A stretch of DNA of 11,983 nt, taken from the NCBI GenBank assembly GCA_964236955.1, contig CAXSGP010000125.1, forward strand, positions 1 through 11,983, read 5' to 3'. This DNA is from an uncultured Oligoflexus sp. GTDB taxonomy: Bacteria; Bdellovibrionota_B; Oligoflexia; Oligoflexales; Oligoflexaceae. A program made the translations under genes and the position numbers. Below the pieces are notes generated by a model, which worked only from the letters and a program-made list of their open reading frames with translations, made no database searches and was not told the origin of the DNA. Position 1 is the first letter of the stretch. Every line of letters begins with the position of its first letter. Below are positions 1 to 8,961 of the stretch, one piece after another.

Positions 1-1022
1 TAGGACTGAGCGGAACGCACATTTCTACATAACGGAAGTTCTCTGATGTCTACCTCCTCTTATCGAGAAGGTCAATGCATAGCGTCACATTACACGACTA
101 AATTTTTTCAACTCGGATAAATTTCTTTAAGCAGTCAAAGCAATTCAGTCCGCAAATTAGATCACATTGCTGGGCAAAAGGCAAGATATTGCGACAGTAT
201 TTATGATCTTTTTTCAAAATGCTTGATTTATTTGACGAATAATCGGCGACCAATATTTTATCAGCGTCGATAGGATACATTAGAAATATTTTTTTCAACT
301 TTCTTAAGCCGTCCGCAGTCTGAAAAATTTTTTTTCTTTAAATTTTTTAGATTCATTAAGAGACGCTATTGGGTAAAATTTGTTAAAGCAATTATGTCGT
401 ACGGCCTAAATTATCTTATGTGCTGCTCATGCCGATAAAGAAGTCTTCTCGCTCCATCAAAAAGTCCCAGGCCTAATTCTCTATGCCACGATTTATAAGG
501 CAAGATTCTGCTCCAAGGGCCTGCGCCTTCTAAAGGTTCAAGAACCTCGTCTCAAATGTCGAGGGGTTCGAGTATAAGGTGGCCTATAAAAAAGCTCTTG
601 TTAGCGAGTTTTAATTAGCCACGATTGGTTTGCATAATGCTGATAGGCGCCGCCGTATCCCATTTATCCTAACTATAGATGCCAACTGTGACGCTTTTCC
701 CGACCGGCCTTCAAGGCGATAACTCAGCACTGCCGCCCCAGGCTTGAGTTGACTTTGCCTGAACGTGGAATGAATGAGAAAATGTTAAGGAATCGGGGGC
801 TGTCGTCCCGTCAGGATTATTTTCTTTACTCTGTTTTGAACCGTCTGCTATCAGTGATTTCGCTCTAAAGCTTAGAGGCGGTAGTTGGTTCTCCAGGCCA
901 TCGGTATTCGCCAGACTTTCTCTGCCACTGTTAGTGCCTTTGCCCGGGATAGGAACGTCCTATGCATTTCTCGAGATTATTTTGCTGCGCAGCGGAATGC
1001 AGCTATCAAAGGAAGGTTCGTG

Positions 1023-1697
1023 ATGAAGGTTCTCCTGATAGAAGACAATCAACTCCTTGGTCGCAGCGTCAAACTCGGGCTTGAGGAACTTGGTTGGATC
1101 GTCGATTTAGCATCGGATGGGGAAGAGGGTCTTTATCTCTCGCAAAATTCAAGCTACGACATCTTTCTGATTGATCGAATGCTGCCGAAGCTTTCCGGCA
1201 TCGAAGTTATTCGCAAAATGCGTGAGTCCGGCATCGATGGGGCCGCCATCATCATCACGGCGTTGGGAGCCACCAGCGATAAGATCTCCGGCCTTGAGGT
1301 AGCGGATGACTATATCGTTAAACCCTTCGAAATGGGCGAACTTGTGGCACGGGTGAAAGCTGTCTACCGACGCTCGATAGGCAAAAGCAATGCGCTGCTC
1401 GTTTGTGGCAATCTTGGTATCAATCTCAACGAACAGTCGGTAACGATCGATGGTGAAAAACTGGATCTGACCGCCAAGGAGTTCGACCTGCTGGAATCAC
1501 TTGCCACCCGGCAGAATCATGTCTGCTCCAGAGCCGAACTTTCGGGCTTACTTTATTCCTTTAATGGCGAGCCCGAAAGTAACAGCCTCGATGTCTTGCT
1601 CGGTCGCCTGCGCAAAAAGCTCCAGGGCGCTTCGATCGAGATCGTCACGATACGAAGCAAAGGCTTTATGCTTCGGGTCGATCAAGAAGCCAAGTAG
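1023..1697 (+). CDS. OmpR/PhoB-family two-component response regulator (receiver + winged helix)
   Basis: MKVLLIEDN start, phospho-acceptor Asp in 'FLIDRMLP', 'ADDYIVKPF', C-terminal 'LTAKEFDLL...SNSLDVLLGRLRKKL...TIRSKGF'. Start moved from TTG 885 to ATG 1023 (GTG 1020 alternative), preceded by the purine-rich AAAGGAAGG. Confidence 0.95.
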   Translation: MKVLLIEDNQLLGRSVKLGLEELGWIVDLASDGEEGLYLSQNSSYDIFLIDRMLPKLSGIEVIRKMRESGIDGAAIIITALGATSDKISGLEVADDYIVKPFEMGELVARVKAVYRRSIGKSNALLVCGNLGINLNEQSVTIDGEKLDLTAKEFDLLESLATRQNHVCSRAELSGLLYSFNGEPESNSLDVLLGRLRKKLQGASIEIVTIRSKGFMLRVDQEAK

Positions 1698-1828
1698 ACC
1701 CGGAATAGGGGTCTGCTCATTTGACCTTTCAGGCCCCGCTTTGCCCGGGACTAGCGGGCTAGCTGGGGAACGCTTTGCCGGAGCCAAATTTTAACGTGCT
1801 CCTCAGCTCTTAAAAGGATAGGGATTTG

Positions 1829-3247
1829 GTGTGGAATAAAGTTTCTCTGACACTGAAAATCACAGGCCCTCTGATCCTTATGGAAATCCTGGGCCTGGTC
1901 TTTGGCGGCCTGACCCTTATTGCTAAGATTGAAAAAGCACGGCTGAAGGAGATGGACGCCCTTCTCATTGGGCAGGCCGATCTCGTTGAGGAGTCCTTTC
2001 GCTTCAATAAAGGCCCACCGATATTTGCGGGAAAACACGATCTTTTTGGAGATCTGGAGCGTGACCCCAAAATTTATTTCCAAGTCATTGATGCCAGTGG
2101 GAAAGTGCTTCACGCCTCCAAAGGCCCGAGGCCTGAACGTCGTCAGCAATTATCGGAGGCTCTGCTTGCCCGTTCCAAGGTCCGTTGGGTAAAAGGAGAG
2201 CTTTTTGATCTCAACATTGGCAACGATAAATGGCGGGCGACACGGGAAGAGTTGTCAAATCATGAGATTTCGGGATTAACCACGACCTGGCAGGTCTATA
2301 CGGCGATCGATGAAACGGCCTCGGTAGGGGAGCTCAACACGATTCGAAATCTCATCATCATCGGTGCGATCGGCCTGGCGATTATGAGTTCGCTGGCTAC
2401 CGCAGCCATCGTCTTACTTACGACCTCCAACCTTAGGCTCTTTGCGCAAAGTCTTTCCCATATCAATCGCGACAATCCAGTTTGGACCTTCCCGGTCCTC
2501 GCCCAGTCGGCAGAAGAAACGCTACTCTTTGCGAGCTTTGGCAAAATGATGGGGGATATGGAAACCTCACGGCAAAATCAAAAGATCTTTATTGCCAACG
2601 CATCGCACGAACTTAAAACCCCTGTTGCAGGAATAATGGCCGCGCTCGAAGTACTCCTGGCGAGGGAGCGCAGCCCGGCCGAATATCAGGCCGTCTGTCG
2701 GGATCTCTTAAAAACAGTCAAGGATATGCGACGCCTTACCGGGGCGCTGCTCGACACCTCGCTGATCGAAGGGGGGAAGCTCCAGCCTTTTGAAAGTCTA
2801 AGCTTGAATGATTGTGTCGAGAACGTGCTGGATCGTTGGCAGGCGGCTCTCCATGCCAAAGGGCTACAACTGCAATGGCAGGCATCCGTTGCGGACCTTA
2901 AGATAATGGGAAATCGCGACCTTATCGATGTCGCCATCAGCAATCTTATCGATAACGCCATCAAATATAGTTTCGATAAGGGTCGGGTTGAAATCGGACT
3001 CAAGCGGGTTCCCGACGATTTGATAAGGTTGACGATCAAAGATCATGGAATAGGGATGGATGAAGCGGAAAGGGAAAAACTCGGCACCATATTTTTCCGT
3101 GCCGATCCTTCCCGTTCCACCAAAGATTCTTTTGGCTTGGGATATGCCAACGCCCGAAAGATCTTGCTTTCGCACGGAGCTCGCTTGACTGTGGTAAGTG
3201 CGCCGCGCGTCGGCACCGAAATCAGTATACTCTTTCCGAAGGCTTAG
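1829..3247 (+). CDS. Membrane sensor histidine kinase (HisKA + HATPase_c), probable cognate of the upstream regulator
   Basis: Two hydrophobic segments flanking an extracytoplasmic domain; H-box 'FIANASHELKTP', N-box 'NLIDNAIKYS', G1 'DHGIGM', F-box 'IFFRAD', G2 'FGLGY'. GTG 1829 (or TTG 1826) follows AAGGATAGGG. Confidence 0.95.
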   Translation: MWNKVSLTLKITGPLILMEILGLVFGGLTLIAKIEKARLKEMDALLIGQADLVEESFRFNKGPPIFAGKHDLFGDLERDPKIYFQVIDASGKVLHASKGPRPERRQQLSEALLARSKVRWVKGELFDLNIGNDKWRATREELSNHEISGLTTTWQVYTAIDETASVGELNTIRNLIIIGAIGLAIMSSLATAAIVLLTTSNLRLFAQSLSHINRDNPVWTFPVLAQSAEETLLFASFGKMMGDMETSRQNQKIFIANASHELKTPVAGIMAALEVLLARERSPAEYQAVCRDLLKTVKDMRRLTGALLDTSLIEGGKLQPFESLSLNDCVENVLDRWQAALHAKGLQLQWQASVADLKIMGNRDLIDVAISNLIDNAIKYSFDKGRVEIGLKRVPDDLIRLTIKDHGIGMDEAEREKLGTIFFRADPSRSTKDSFGLGYANARKILLSHGARLTVVSAPRVGTEISILFPKA

Positions 3248-3288
3248 CCGGCTCGCTAAGGACTTTCCAAGCCGATGAGGCCAAGGTT

Positions 3289-4728
3289 CTAACGCACCAG
3301 ATCCACATTGAATTTCCGGCCTTTGATGCGCCCATTGCGTAAGGCTTCGCAGGCAATCTTGGCCAGACGTGAACTCACGGCGACGTAAGCAAACATATCA
3401 TGAATCTCGATCTTGCCTATTTCAGTAGCGTTCATTCCGCCCGCTTCTCCGGTAAGGGCGCCCAAAATATCACCCGGCCTTAGCTTGTGCTTGCGTCCGC
3501 CCGAGATATGAAGAGTCGTCATCAGGGCTTCCGCATGGATGGCCTTTTCAGACTTTTGCATCTTCGACTCGGCGGCGACGTTAAATTTCTCGCGTTCGAA
3601 CCGAATGCCTGTGTGTTCTTCAATGCTGCCGACACGATAGGATTCTTTGGAGGAAGCAAACGATATCGCGAGCCCCTTGCGACCGGCGCGGCCGGTACGG
3701 CCGATGCGATGGACATAGGTTTCAGGTTTTTGCGGAAGGTCGTAGTTAACGACGAGATCGAGATCGGCGACATCGATACCGCGTGCGGCCACATCGGTGG
3801 CCACGAGGACTCGGATGCTTTGGTTACGAAAACGAGCCATGATCTTGTCTCTATCGATCTGCAGCAGATCCCCATGAATGCAACCGGCGCTGACGCCGGC
3901 TTTATCCAACTGGGCGGTAAGGTCGACGACCGTCGCCTTGAGATTGCAGAAAACTATAGTCGACTTTGCCTGAACCTGCTGAAGCAGGCCTTGCAGAATT
4001 ACCGCTCTCGTTTCGTTCGTCGCTTCATAGAGGACCTGATGAATATCGGCCTTGGATTCATCGCTGTCCTCGATCGTCACGGCCACGGCCTGCTTTTGAT
4101 AGGTGGCGCTCATCGTTTCGATGGAATCGGGAAAGGTTGCCGAGAAAAACACAGTCTGCCGCGAGTCTGGTGATTCGGCCAGAATCGTTTCCATATCCTC
4201 TTGAAAGCCCATATCCAGCATTCGGTCGGCTTCATCGAGGACAACCATCGATAAGCTGGCGAGCTGAATACTGGCCCGCCGCAGATGGTCGAGAATGCGT
4301 CCCGGGGTGCCGACTACAACATGAACGCCTTTTTCAAGAGCGAATGCCTGTGGCGCTACGGGCTGTCCTCCACAGACGACCAATACCTGGAGGCCCGGTT
4401 GGCGACGGCCGAGATTTCTGATTTCACGAGCAACCTGGGTGCAGAGTTCGCGGGTTGGACACATGACCAGCGCCTGCAGACGTCTATCCTGAACCCGGAT
4501 TTTCTCCAAAAGGGGAAGTGCGAAGGCCGCAGTCTTGCCACTGCCCGTTTTGGATTGGCCGATCAGGTCTTTGCCAGCCAAAAGCAAAGGAATCGCTTTG
4601 GCTTGAATTTCTGTCATCGTCTGATAGCCAATCTCTTCGATCACTCCCAAAAGGCATGGGGCGAGGGCGAGTGATTCAAAACGATTCGAATAATTTTGCT
4701 TGGAGCGGGGCTGGTCGACTGGGTTCAT
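3289..4728 (-). CDS. dbpA: ATP-dependent DEAD-box RNA helicase DbpA
   Basis: Q-motif 'MTEIQ', 'TGSGKT', 'PTRELC', 'TPGR', 'DEAD', 'SAT', 'ARGID', 'HRIGRTGRAG', plus the DbpA RNA-binding domain 'GGRKHKLRPGDILGALTGEAG...IGKI...IKGRKF'. ATG 4728 follows GGAAG; the upstream 43-aa extension in the ORF track is likely spurious. Confidence 0.95.
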   Translation of the reverse strand: MNPVDQPRSKQNYSNRFESLALAPCLLGVIEEIGYQTMTEIQAKAIPLLLAGKDLIGQSKTGSGKTAAFALPLLEKIRVQDRRLQALVMCPTRELCTQVAREIRNLGRRQPGLQVLVVCGGQPVAPQAFALEKGVHVVVGTPGRILDHLRRASIQLASLSMVVLDEADRMLDMGFQEDMETILAESPDSRQTVFFSATFPDSIETMSATYQKQAVAVTIEDSDESKADIHQVLYEATNETRAVILQGLLQQVQAKSTIVFCNLKATVVDLTAQLDKAGVSAGCIHGDLLQIDRDKIMARFRNQSIRVLVATDVAARGIDVADLDLVVNYDLPQKPETYVHRIGRTGRAGRKGLAISFASSKESYRVGSIEEHTGIRFEREKFNVAAESKMQKSEKAIHAEALMTTLHISGGRKHKLRPGDILGALTGEAGGMNATEIGKIEIHDMFAYVAVSSRLAKIACEALRNGRIKGRKFNVDLVR

Positions 4729-5084
4729 AGGGCTGCTTCCTGCTGAAGTGACGGCGCAACATATAACAAGAACGCCTATCAGAGCTATCGATAAATGGCC
4801 AAGGCTTGGCCAAGCAATGTTTGCGGCAATTTCAATGGTCTCGTGAGCCAAAATCAAGGCTTAAGGGGAAGCAAAATACTTATTACACATGTCATTGAGA
4901 CGGCCGGTGACGGCAAACTTTGGTGTGATGAGCTGACTTTCTTTAACGATTCAGGCTTTATGATGCATTTATAGCAATGATAAGACTGATCTTGAATAAT
5001 TCCAGACAAAAGCAGATAGTGCCCTTCTTAAGGCCATAATCCTAGCTTTCGCTAAACGACAGCCCATTTAGAAAGTCGAAGTCG

Positions 5085-5729
5085 ATGAAACAAATTAAGC
5101 TGGTTGCCTCGGCAATCGTTGTAGGCGTTCTATTGTTCCTCGTTGTCGCTTCCGTGCAAAAACGCCGAGGGATGGAGCGGGTGCCGATCGGCGGGACATC
5201 GATACCGACTCCGTATGAACTGGCTGATTTTCATATGACGACGGCCGACGGCAGGGATTTTACAAAAGTTGATCTCTTGGGCAAGTACACAGTTCTTTAT
5301 TTTGGTTTCACCCGTTGTCCCGATGCCTGTCCAACAACTCTGGCACAGTTTCGCAGTGAAATTCCCAAACTGACAGCAGAGGCCCAGGCCAAGGTACGCT
5401 TTTTGCTCGTCACGGTCGATCCTCAGCATGATACCGGACCCATACTCAAAGAATATGTCGGAAAATTCCATAAAGATATTCAGGCGGCGACCGGCACCGA
5501 AGAGGAGATTCAAAAAGTAGCGGCCGAAATGAAGACCACTTTTTCCAAGGAGGACGAAAATGCCGGGGATCCGAATCTCTATACGATGGCCCATTCGCCT
5601 CGCTTATTTCTGATCGATCCGATGGGACGATTGAGCGCTGTCTATAATCCTCCCATTGCACCCGGAGTTTTAGCGAAAGACCTCAATCAACTGACTGCTG
5701 CAGGCGCGAAGTCGCGCTGGCTGTTCTAA
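5085..5729 (+). CDS. SCO1/SenC family copper-binding protein
   Basis: N-terminal membrane anchor, 'YFGFTRCPDACP' (CxxxC), 'VTVDP' and distal His in 'YTMAHS', 'LIDPMG'. Confidence 0.93.
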   Translation: MKQIKLVASAIVVGVLLFLVVASVQKRRGMERVPIGGTSIPTPYELADFHMTTADGRDFTKVDLLGKYTVLYFGFTRCPDACPTTLAQFRSEIPKLTAEAQAKVRFLLVTVDPQHDTGPILKEYVGKFHKDIQAATGTEEEIQKVAAEMKTTFSKEDENAGDPNLYTMAHSPRLFLIDPMGRLSAVYNPPIAPGVLAKDLNQLTAAGAKSRWLF

Positions 5730-5743
5730 AAGCTCAATTCATT

Positions 5744-6151
5744 TTATCCAGTCGTATGGATGAAGTCCCTAGCCCTGGCGTGGATGACAGTATTAAAGGG
5801 GAGCTTATGAATCGTTTGAATCAGATCACCGTAATCGATTGGCTTCGGGGCAACGGCAAGCACATTATAATCGGCTGGATCAAATTTCAAAGACGCAGTG
5901 TTGCCGCTGGTCAGGATCAGGCTTGGCCGATTTGAAGTGTCGAGATTGTGAATCTTGATCATAAGTTCAACGCCATCACCATCTGGCATTTGAATATCGG
6001 ATACAACGAGATCGATTTTTCGACTCTTTACGATGTCAAAGGCCTCGCGGCCATTGCTGGCCTGTATGACCTCAAAACCCTCCCAGGAAAGTACTTCAAA
6101 AAGTATTTCCAGGAGGAGATCATTATCGTCGACTATCAAGACAGTTTTAAT
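5744..6151 (-). CDS. Single-domain (CheY-like) response regulator receiver; probable ATT start
   Basis: '(I/M)KTVLIVDDN', 'DLVVSDIQMPDGDG', 'LTSG', 'PKP'; no output domain. In-frame TAG at 6172-6170; SD GGAAAGGA lies 7 nt before ATT 6151. The ORF track uses TTG 6139. Confidence 0.88.
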   Translation of the reverse strand: MKTVLIVDDNDLLLEILFEVLSWEGFEVIQASNGREAFDIVKSRKIDLVVSDIQMPDGDGVELMIKIHNLDTSNRPSLILTSGNTASLKFDPADYNVLAVAPKPIDYGDLIQTIHKLPFNTVIHARARDFIHTTG

Positions 6152-6511
6152 GAGCTTATCCTTTCCGGTCTATCCGTTAGCTGCCGGCGCGTGGCTAGCA
6201 TGCCCGCCAGGCAGGCAAACGCTATCGTTTCCTATCATGATGTGCGAAAACAGAGACAGGAAGGATTCTAATCATTTTTGAAGCCGGCGGGCTAGGACAT
6301 TTCAGTTGAAAATGAGACCCATTCAACTTTACGTAAATGGCAGGCCTAATTTGCCTATCCATGCGCACGTTTCATTTCATACGAGTCAAGGTCTTGCACA
6401 ATCTTTGCTCAAAAATAAAGAAGGACTGCAGCTTGAGCGGATCCTGGGGCCTGCCATTAACCTTATGTTTTTGGTCTTGTTCCAGTGGCTTTCCCTAGGC
6501 TGGGAGCAAAT

Positions 6512-6537
6512 CGAGAGCTGCTTTTTCTCAGCTCGCG
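6512..6537 (-). terminator. Hairpin immediately downstream of rlmN, possible weak intrinsic terminator
   Basis: GAGCTG (6515-6520) / CAGCTC (6529-6534) stem with 8-nt loop; poor U-tract on the minus strand. Confidence 0.35.
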
Positions 6538-6538
6538 C

Positions 6539-7636
6539 TTACAGGATCGCTTCAATATTCATTTGGCTCACGAGTCGTTTGCGTTCCGGTTTGAAATGCA
6601 ATTCTTCAGCGTGTTTTGCCGCCAGTTGGCCACAGGCTGCCGATACCTCAAGTCCTTTCGAATAGCGAACCGGCGCCGGTATCGAACGGTCTGCGAGATA
6701 TTTTTGAAAGGTTCGAATCTCATCATCCTCTGGCCTTTGGAAGGGCAATCCTGGATGGGAATTGAAGGGTATTAGGTTCACTTTTGTTTTGAGGCCGTGA
6801 ACAAACTTCACAAGTTCTTTAGCCTCACGGAGCCCGCAGTTCGTATCCTTGATCATAATATATTCAATCGTGATCTTTTTGTCGGTCACTTTCTGATAGT
6901 GCACGAGTGCCTGCTTCAGACGTTCGAGATTATAACGACGATTGATAGGCATCAACCGGGTGCGAAGGTCGTCGCGGGAGGCATGCAGGGATAGGGCAAG
7001 AGCGGCACGACTGTCGGTCGCCAGTTTCTCGATCTCAGGTGCCAGTCCGGAAGTCGAAAGTGTGACATGGCGAGCGGAAAGGAAAAATCCATCCTCAGCC
7101 ATCATAACGTTGGCAGCGCCCACGGCATTGGTATAGTTATCGAGCGGCTCCCCCATACCCATAAAGACGACATGGCTTGTCCTTAAGCCTTCTTTGGCAA
7201 GGATTTGATTCGCCATGAAAAGTTGGGAAAGTATCTCGGACCGATCGAGATGACGGACAAAACCCAATTTGCCAGTTTGACAAAAATCACAGGCTAACTT
7301 GCAACCGACCTGGCTGGACACGCAAAGACTGGTTCGATTTTCATAGCGAAGCAGCACCGTTTCCACAAGCTGGCCCTTTAGGCTGCGCAGGAGGAGTTTG
7401 GTGGATCCATCTTGCGAATTAACATGGTCTATAATTGTCGGCAGGCGCCAGTCGATTGCACTGAAAATCTTTTGCCGCAGGTCCTTGCTCAAATTGGTCA
7501 TAAGGTCGGGATTATGCACTGCATCTTTGTAAATCCATTGGGATATTTGATCAGCGCGAAATTTTGGCAAACCCCACTGTTTGAATAGCTCACGGTATTC
7601 GTCGCGATTCATCGATAAAAAATGGGGTTTATCCAT
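6539..7636 (-). CDS. rlmN: 23S rRNA A2503 C2-methyltransferase RlmN (radical SAM)
   Basis: 'CVSSQVGCKLACDFC' (CxxxCxxC), 'FMGMGEPL', 'LSLHA', 'VNLIPFN', C-terminal 'AACGQL'. ATG 7636 preceded by AGGAG. Confidence 0.96.
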   Translation of the reverse strand: MDKPHFLSMNRDEYRELFKQWGLPKFRADQISQWIYKDAVHNPDLMTNLSKDLRQKIFSAIDWRLPTIIDHVNSQDGSTKLLLRSLKGQLVETVLLRYENRTSLCVSSQVGCKLACDFCQTGKLGFVRHLDRSEILSQLFMANQILAKEGLRTSHVVFMGMGEPLDNYTNAVGAANVMMAEDGFFLSARHVTLSTSGLAPEIEKLATDSRAALALSLHASRDDLRTRLMPINRRYNLERLKQALVHYQKVTDKKITIEYIMIKDTNCGLREAKELVKFVHGLKTKVNLIPFNSHPGLPFQRPEDDEIRTFQKYLADRSIPAPVRYSKGLEVSAACGQLAAKHAEELHFKPERKRLVSQMNIEAIL

Positions 7637-7898
7637 AATAGGCTCCTGGTTGGAGTGGAAGCATGCCGGGCTGCTAAGTGTGTTAAATTGACTGCTATAA
7701 AATTCTTTAAGCCTGGGCGAAGCTAAAGTTTGTACCGTCATAAGTACACGATTGCAAGGTAGAAATGCAAATCGGCGCTAAGAAACAGACAGCCTGGGCC
7801 ATAATTAGCAGGAGCCGCCCGCAAAGGCATTGTAATTCTTTATTCGAACCTGACAATATCGGGTAAAATTTAGACGGCACAAACGGGGAGGCCCTATC

Positions 7899-8711
7899 AT
7901 GAAAGTCGGATTTCTAATCGATATGGACGGCGTTGTTTACAGAGGGACGGAGTTGATTCCAGGAGCTATCGAGTTTATCGACATGCTTGGCAATCAGAAA
8001 ATTCCTTTCATGTTTATGACTAACAATAGCCAGCGCACGCCGATGGACATTGCCACCCGCCTCCAGCGCATGGGCTTTCCCGTCGATCAAAGTCATGTGT
8101 TCACGAGCGCTCAGGCCACCGCTGCTTATCTGGCTTTGCAAAAACCCAACGCGACGGCCTACGTAATAGGCGAGGGTGGTCTCCTCACGGCTCTTGATAA
8201 AGTCGGCATCGCGATCGTCGATCATAACCCTGATTATGTCGTGGTGGGAGAAGGCCGAACGGGCAGCGCTGAGGTCTTCGATAAAGCCGTACAGATGGTA
8301 TGTGACGGCGCTCGTCTCATCGCCACCAACCTCGATCCCAATTGCCCAACGCAAAACGGTGGCATAAGGCCAGGCTGCGGAGCGTTTACCAAGCTTATCG
8401 AAGAGGCCAGTGGCTTCAAGGCCTTTAGTCCCGGCAAGCCTAACCCTTTTATGTTCCGCGCGGCTAGAAAGCGTCTCGGCCTTACCACGGGCGAAACGAT
8501 GATGATCGGTGATACGATGGAAACCGATATTTTGGGAGCGACTCAGCTTGGCTTACGTGCGGTTCTGGTTCTATCGGGCGGAACGAAGCAGCATGATATT
8601 CACCGCTTCGCATATGCGCCTGATGTGGTCCTTGATTCGGTAGCCGATATTACCATCGACTTTGTCAGGAAACAGCGTGAGCTTATGCAAGCGCGCGAGC
8701 AGGCCGAATAG
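7899..8711 (+). CDS. HAD-superfamily subfamily IIA hydrolase (NagD-like phosphatase)
   Basis: Motif I 'DMDGV', 'TNNS', 'ATNLD', 'GKPNP', 'IGDTMETDI', 'VLSG'; SD GGGGAGG upstream. Confidence 0.93.
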   Translation: MKVGFLIDMDGVVYRGTELIPGAIEFIDMLGNQKIPFMFMTNNSQRTPMDIATRLQRMGFPVDQSHVFTSAQATAAYLALQKPNATAYVIGEGGLLTALDKVGIAIVDHNPDYVVVGEGRTGSAEVFDKAVQMVCDGARLIATNLDPNCPTQNGGIRPGCGAFTKLIEEASGFKAFSPGKPNPFMFRAARKRLGLTTGETMMIGDTMETDILGATQLGLRAVLVLSGGTKQHDIHRFAYAPDVVLDSVADITIDFVRKQRELMQAREQAE

Positions 8712-8787
8712 AGTTTTCTAGTGGCTGATTGGAGGCGGCTCGACGGCCCCGGCCTGCATAACTCCAATCCCTGGCTTATAGTCCATC

Positions 8788-8917
8788 CTTTAACTCGCTC
8801 GTTGCTCGGCTAAAGCCTCGCAACTCGCAGGGCGTTCGGCGCATGCTATCGCTAGAAAACTTGAGGCACACGCGGAGCGAGTTGCGAGGCATCAGCCGAG
8901 CAACGAGCGAGTTAAAG
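8788..8917. repeat. 41-bp inverted repeat pair (REP-doublet/MITE-like element)
   Basis: 8788-8828 CTTTAACTCGCTCGTTGCTCGGC-TAAA-GCCTCGCAACTCGC versus the reverse complement of 8877-8917, CTTTAACTCGCTCGTTGCTCGGC-TGAT-GCCTCGCAACTCGC: 39/41 identical, 48-bp spacer. Confidence 0.9.
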
Positions 8918-8961
8918 CACGTCCTGGACGTCACTCCTGAGAAACCCAAAAAGGAAAGGAA

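Noticed and set aside
1..58. Perfect SD (AGGAGGT, minus strand 58-52) suggesting a gene leaving the left edge
   Set aside because: Only an ATC lies at suitable spacing and the nearest ATG is followed by TAG; too little sequence to call a gene.
98..298. 66-aa minus-strand ORF with several Cys
   Set aside because: TTG start, no SD, AT-rich intergenic context, no recognisable motif.
431..438. GCCGATAA sigma-28-like -10 box (similar GCCGATGA at 10146-10153)
   Set aside because: No TAAA-like -35 at the canonical 15-bp spacing.
885..1019. N-terminal extensions in the ORF track for the regulator (also dbpA 4729-4857 and rlmN 7637-7741)
   Set aside because: Internal ATGs with SD sequences coincide with the start of family homology.
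4906..4940. GGCAAAC motif reminiscent of a c-di-GMP-I riboswitch
   Set aside because: Lacks the GNRA-capped stem and the downstream GACGCAAAG-type element.
6201..6217. TGCCCGCCAGGCAGGCA short imperfect palindrome, REP-like
   Set aside because: Single short copy in the window; cannot be distinguished from chance.
6539..7636. Possible Cfr resistance methyltransferase
   Set aside because: Core-like composition and context and typical RlmN motifs; nothing points to Cfr, though only a phylogeny would formally exclude it.
1501..8488. Many overlapping or antisense ORFs inside the kinase, dbpA, sco, rlmN and HAD genes (e.g. 3487-4173, 5130-5594, 6306-6665)
   Set aside because: Shadow frames of well-supported genes, with no motifs of their own.
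8788..8917. CRISPR array or tRNA attachment site at the island edge
   Set aside because: The repeats are inverted with only two copies; no cloverleaf or T-loop motif, and no cas gene or integrase.
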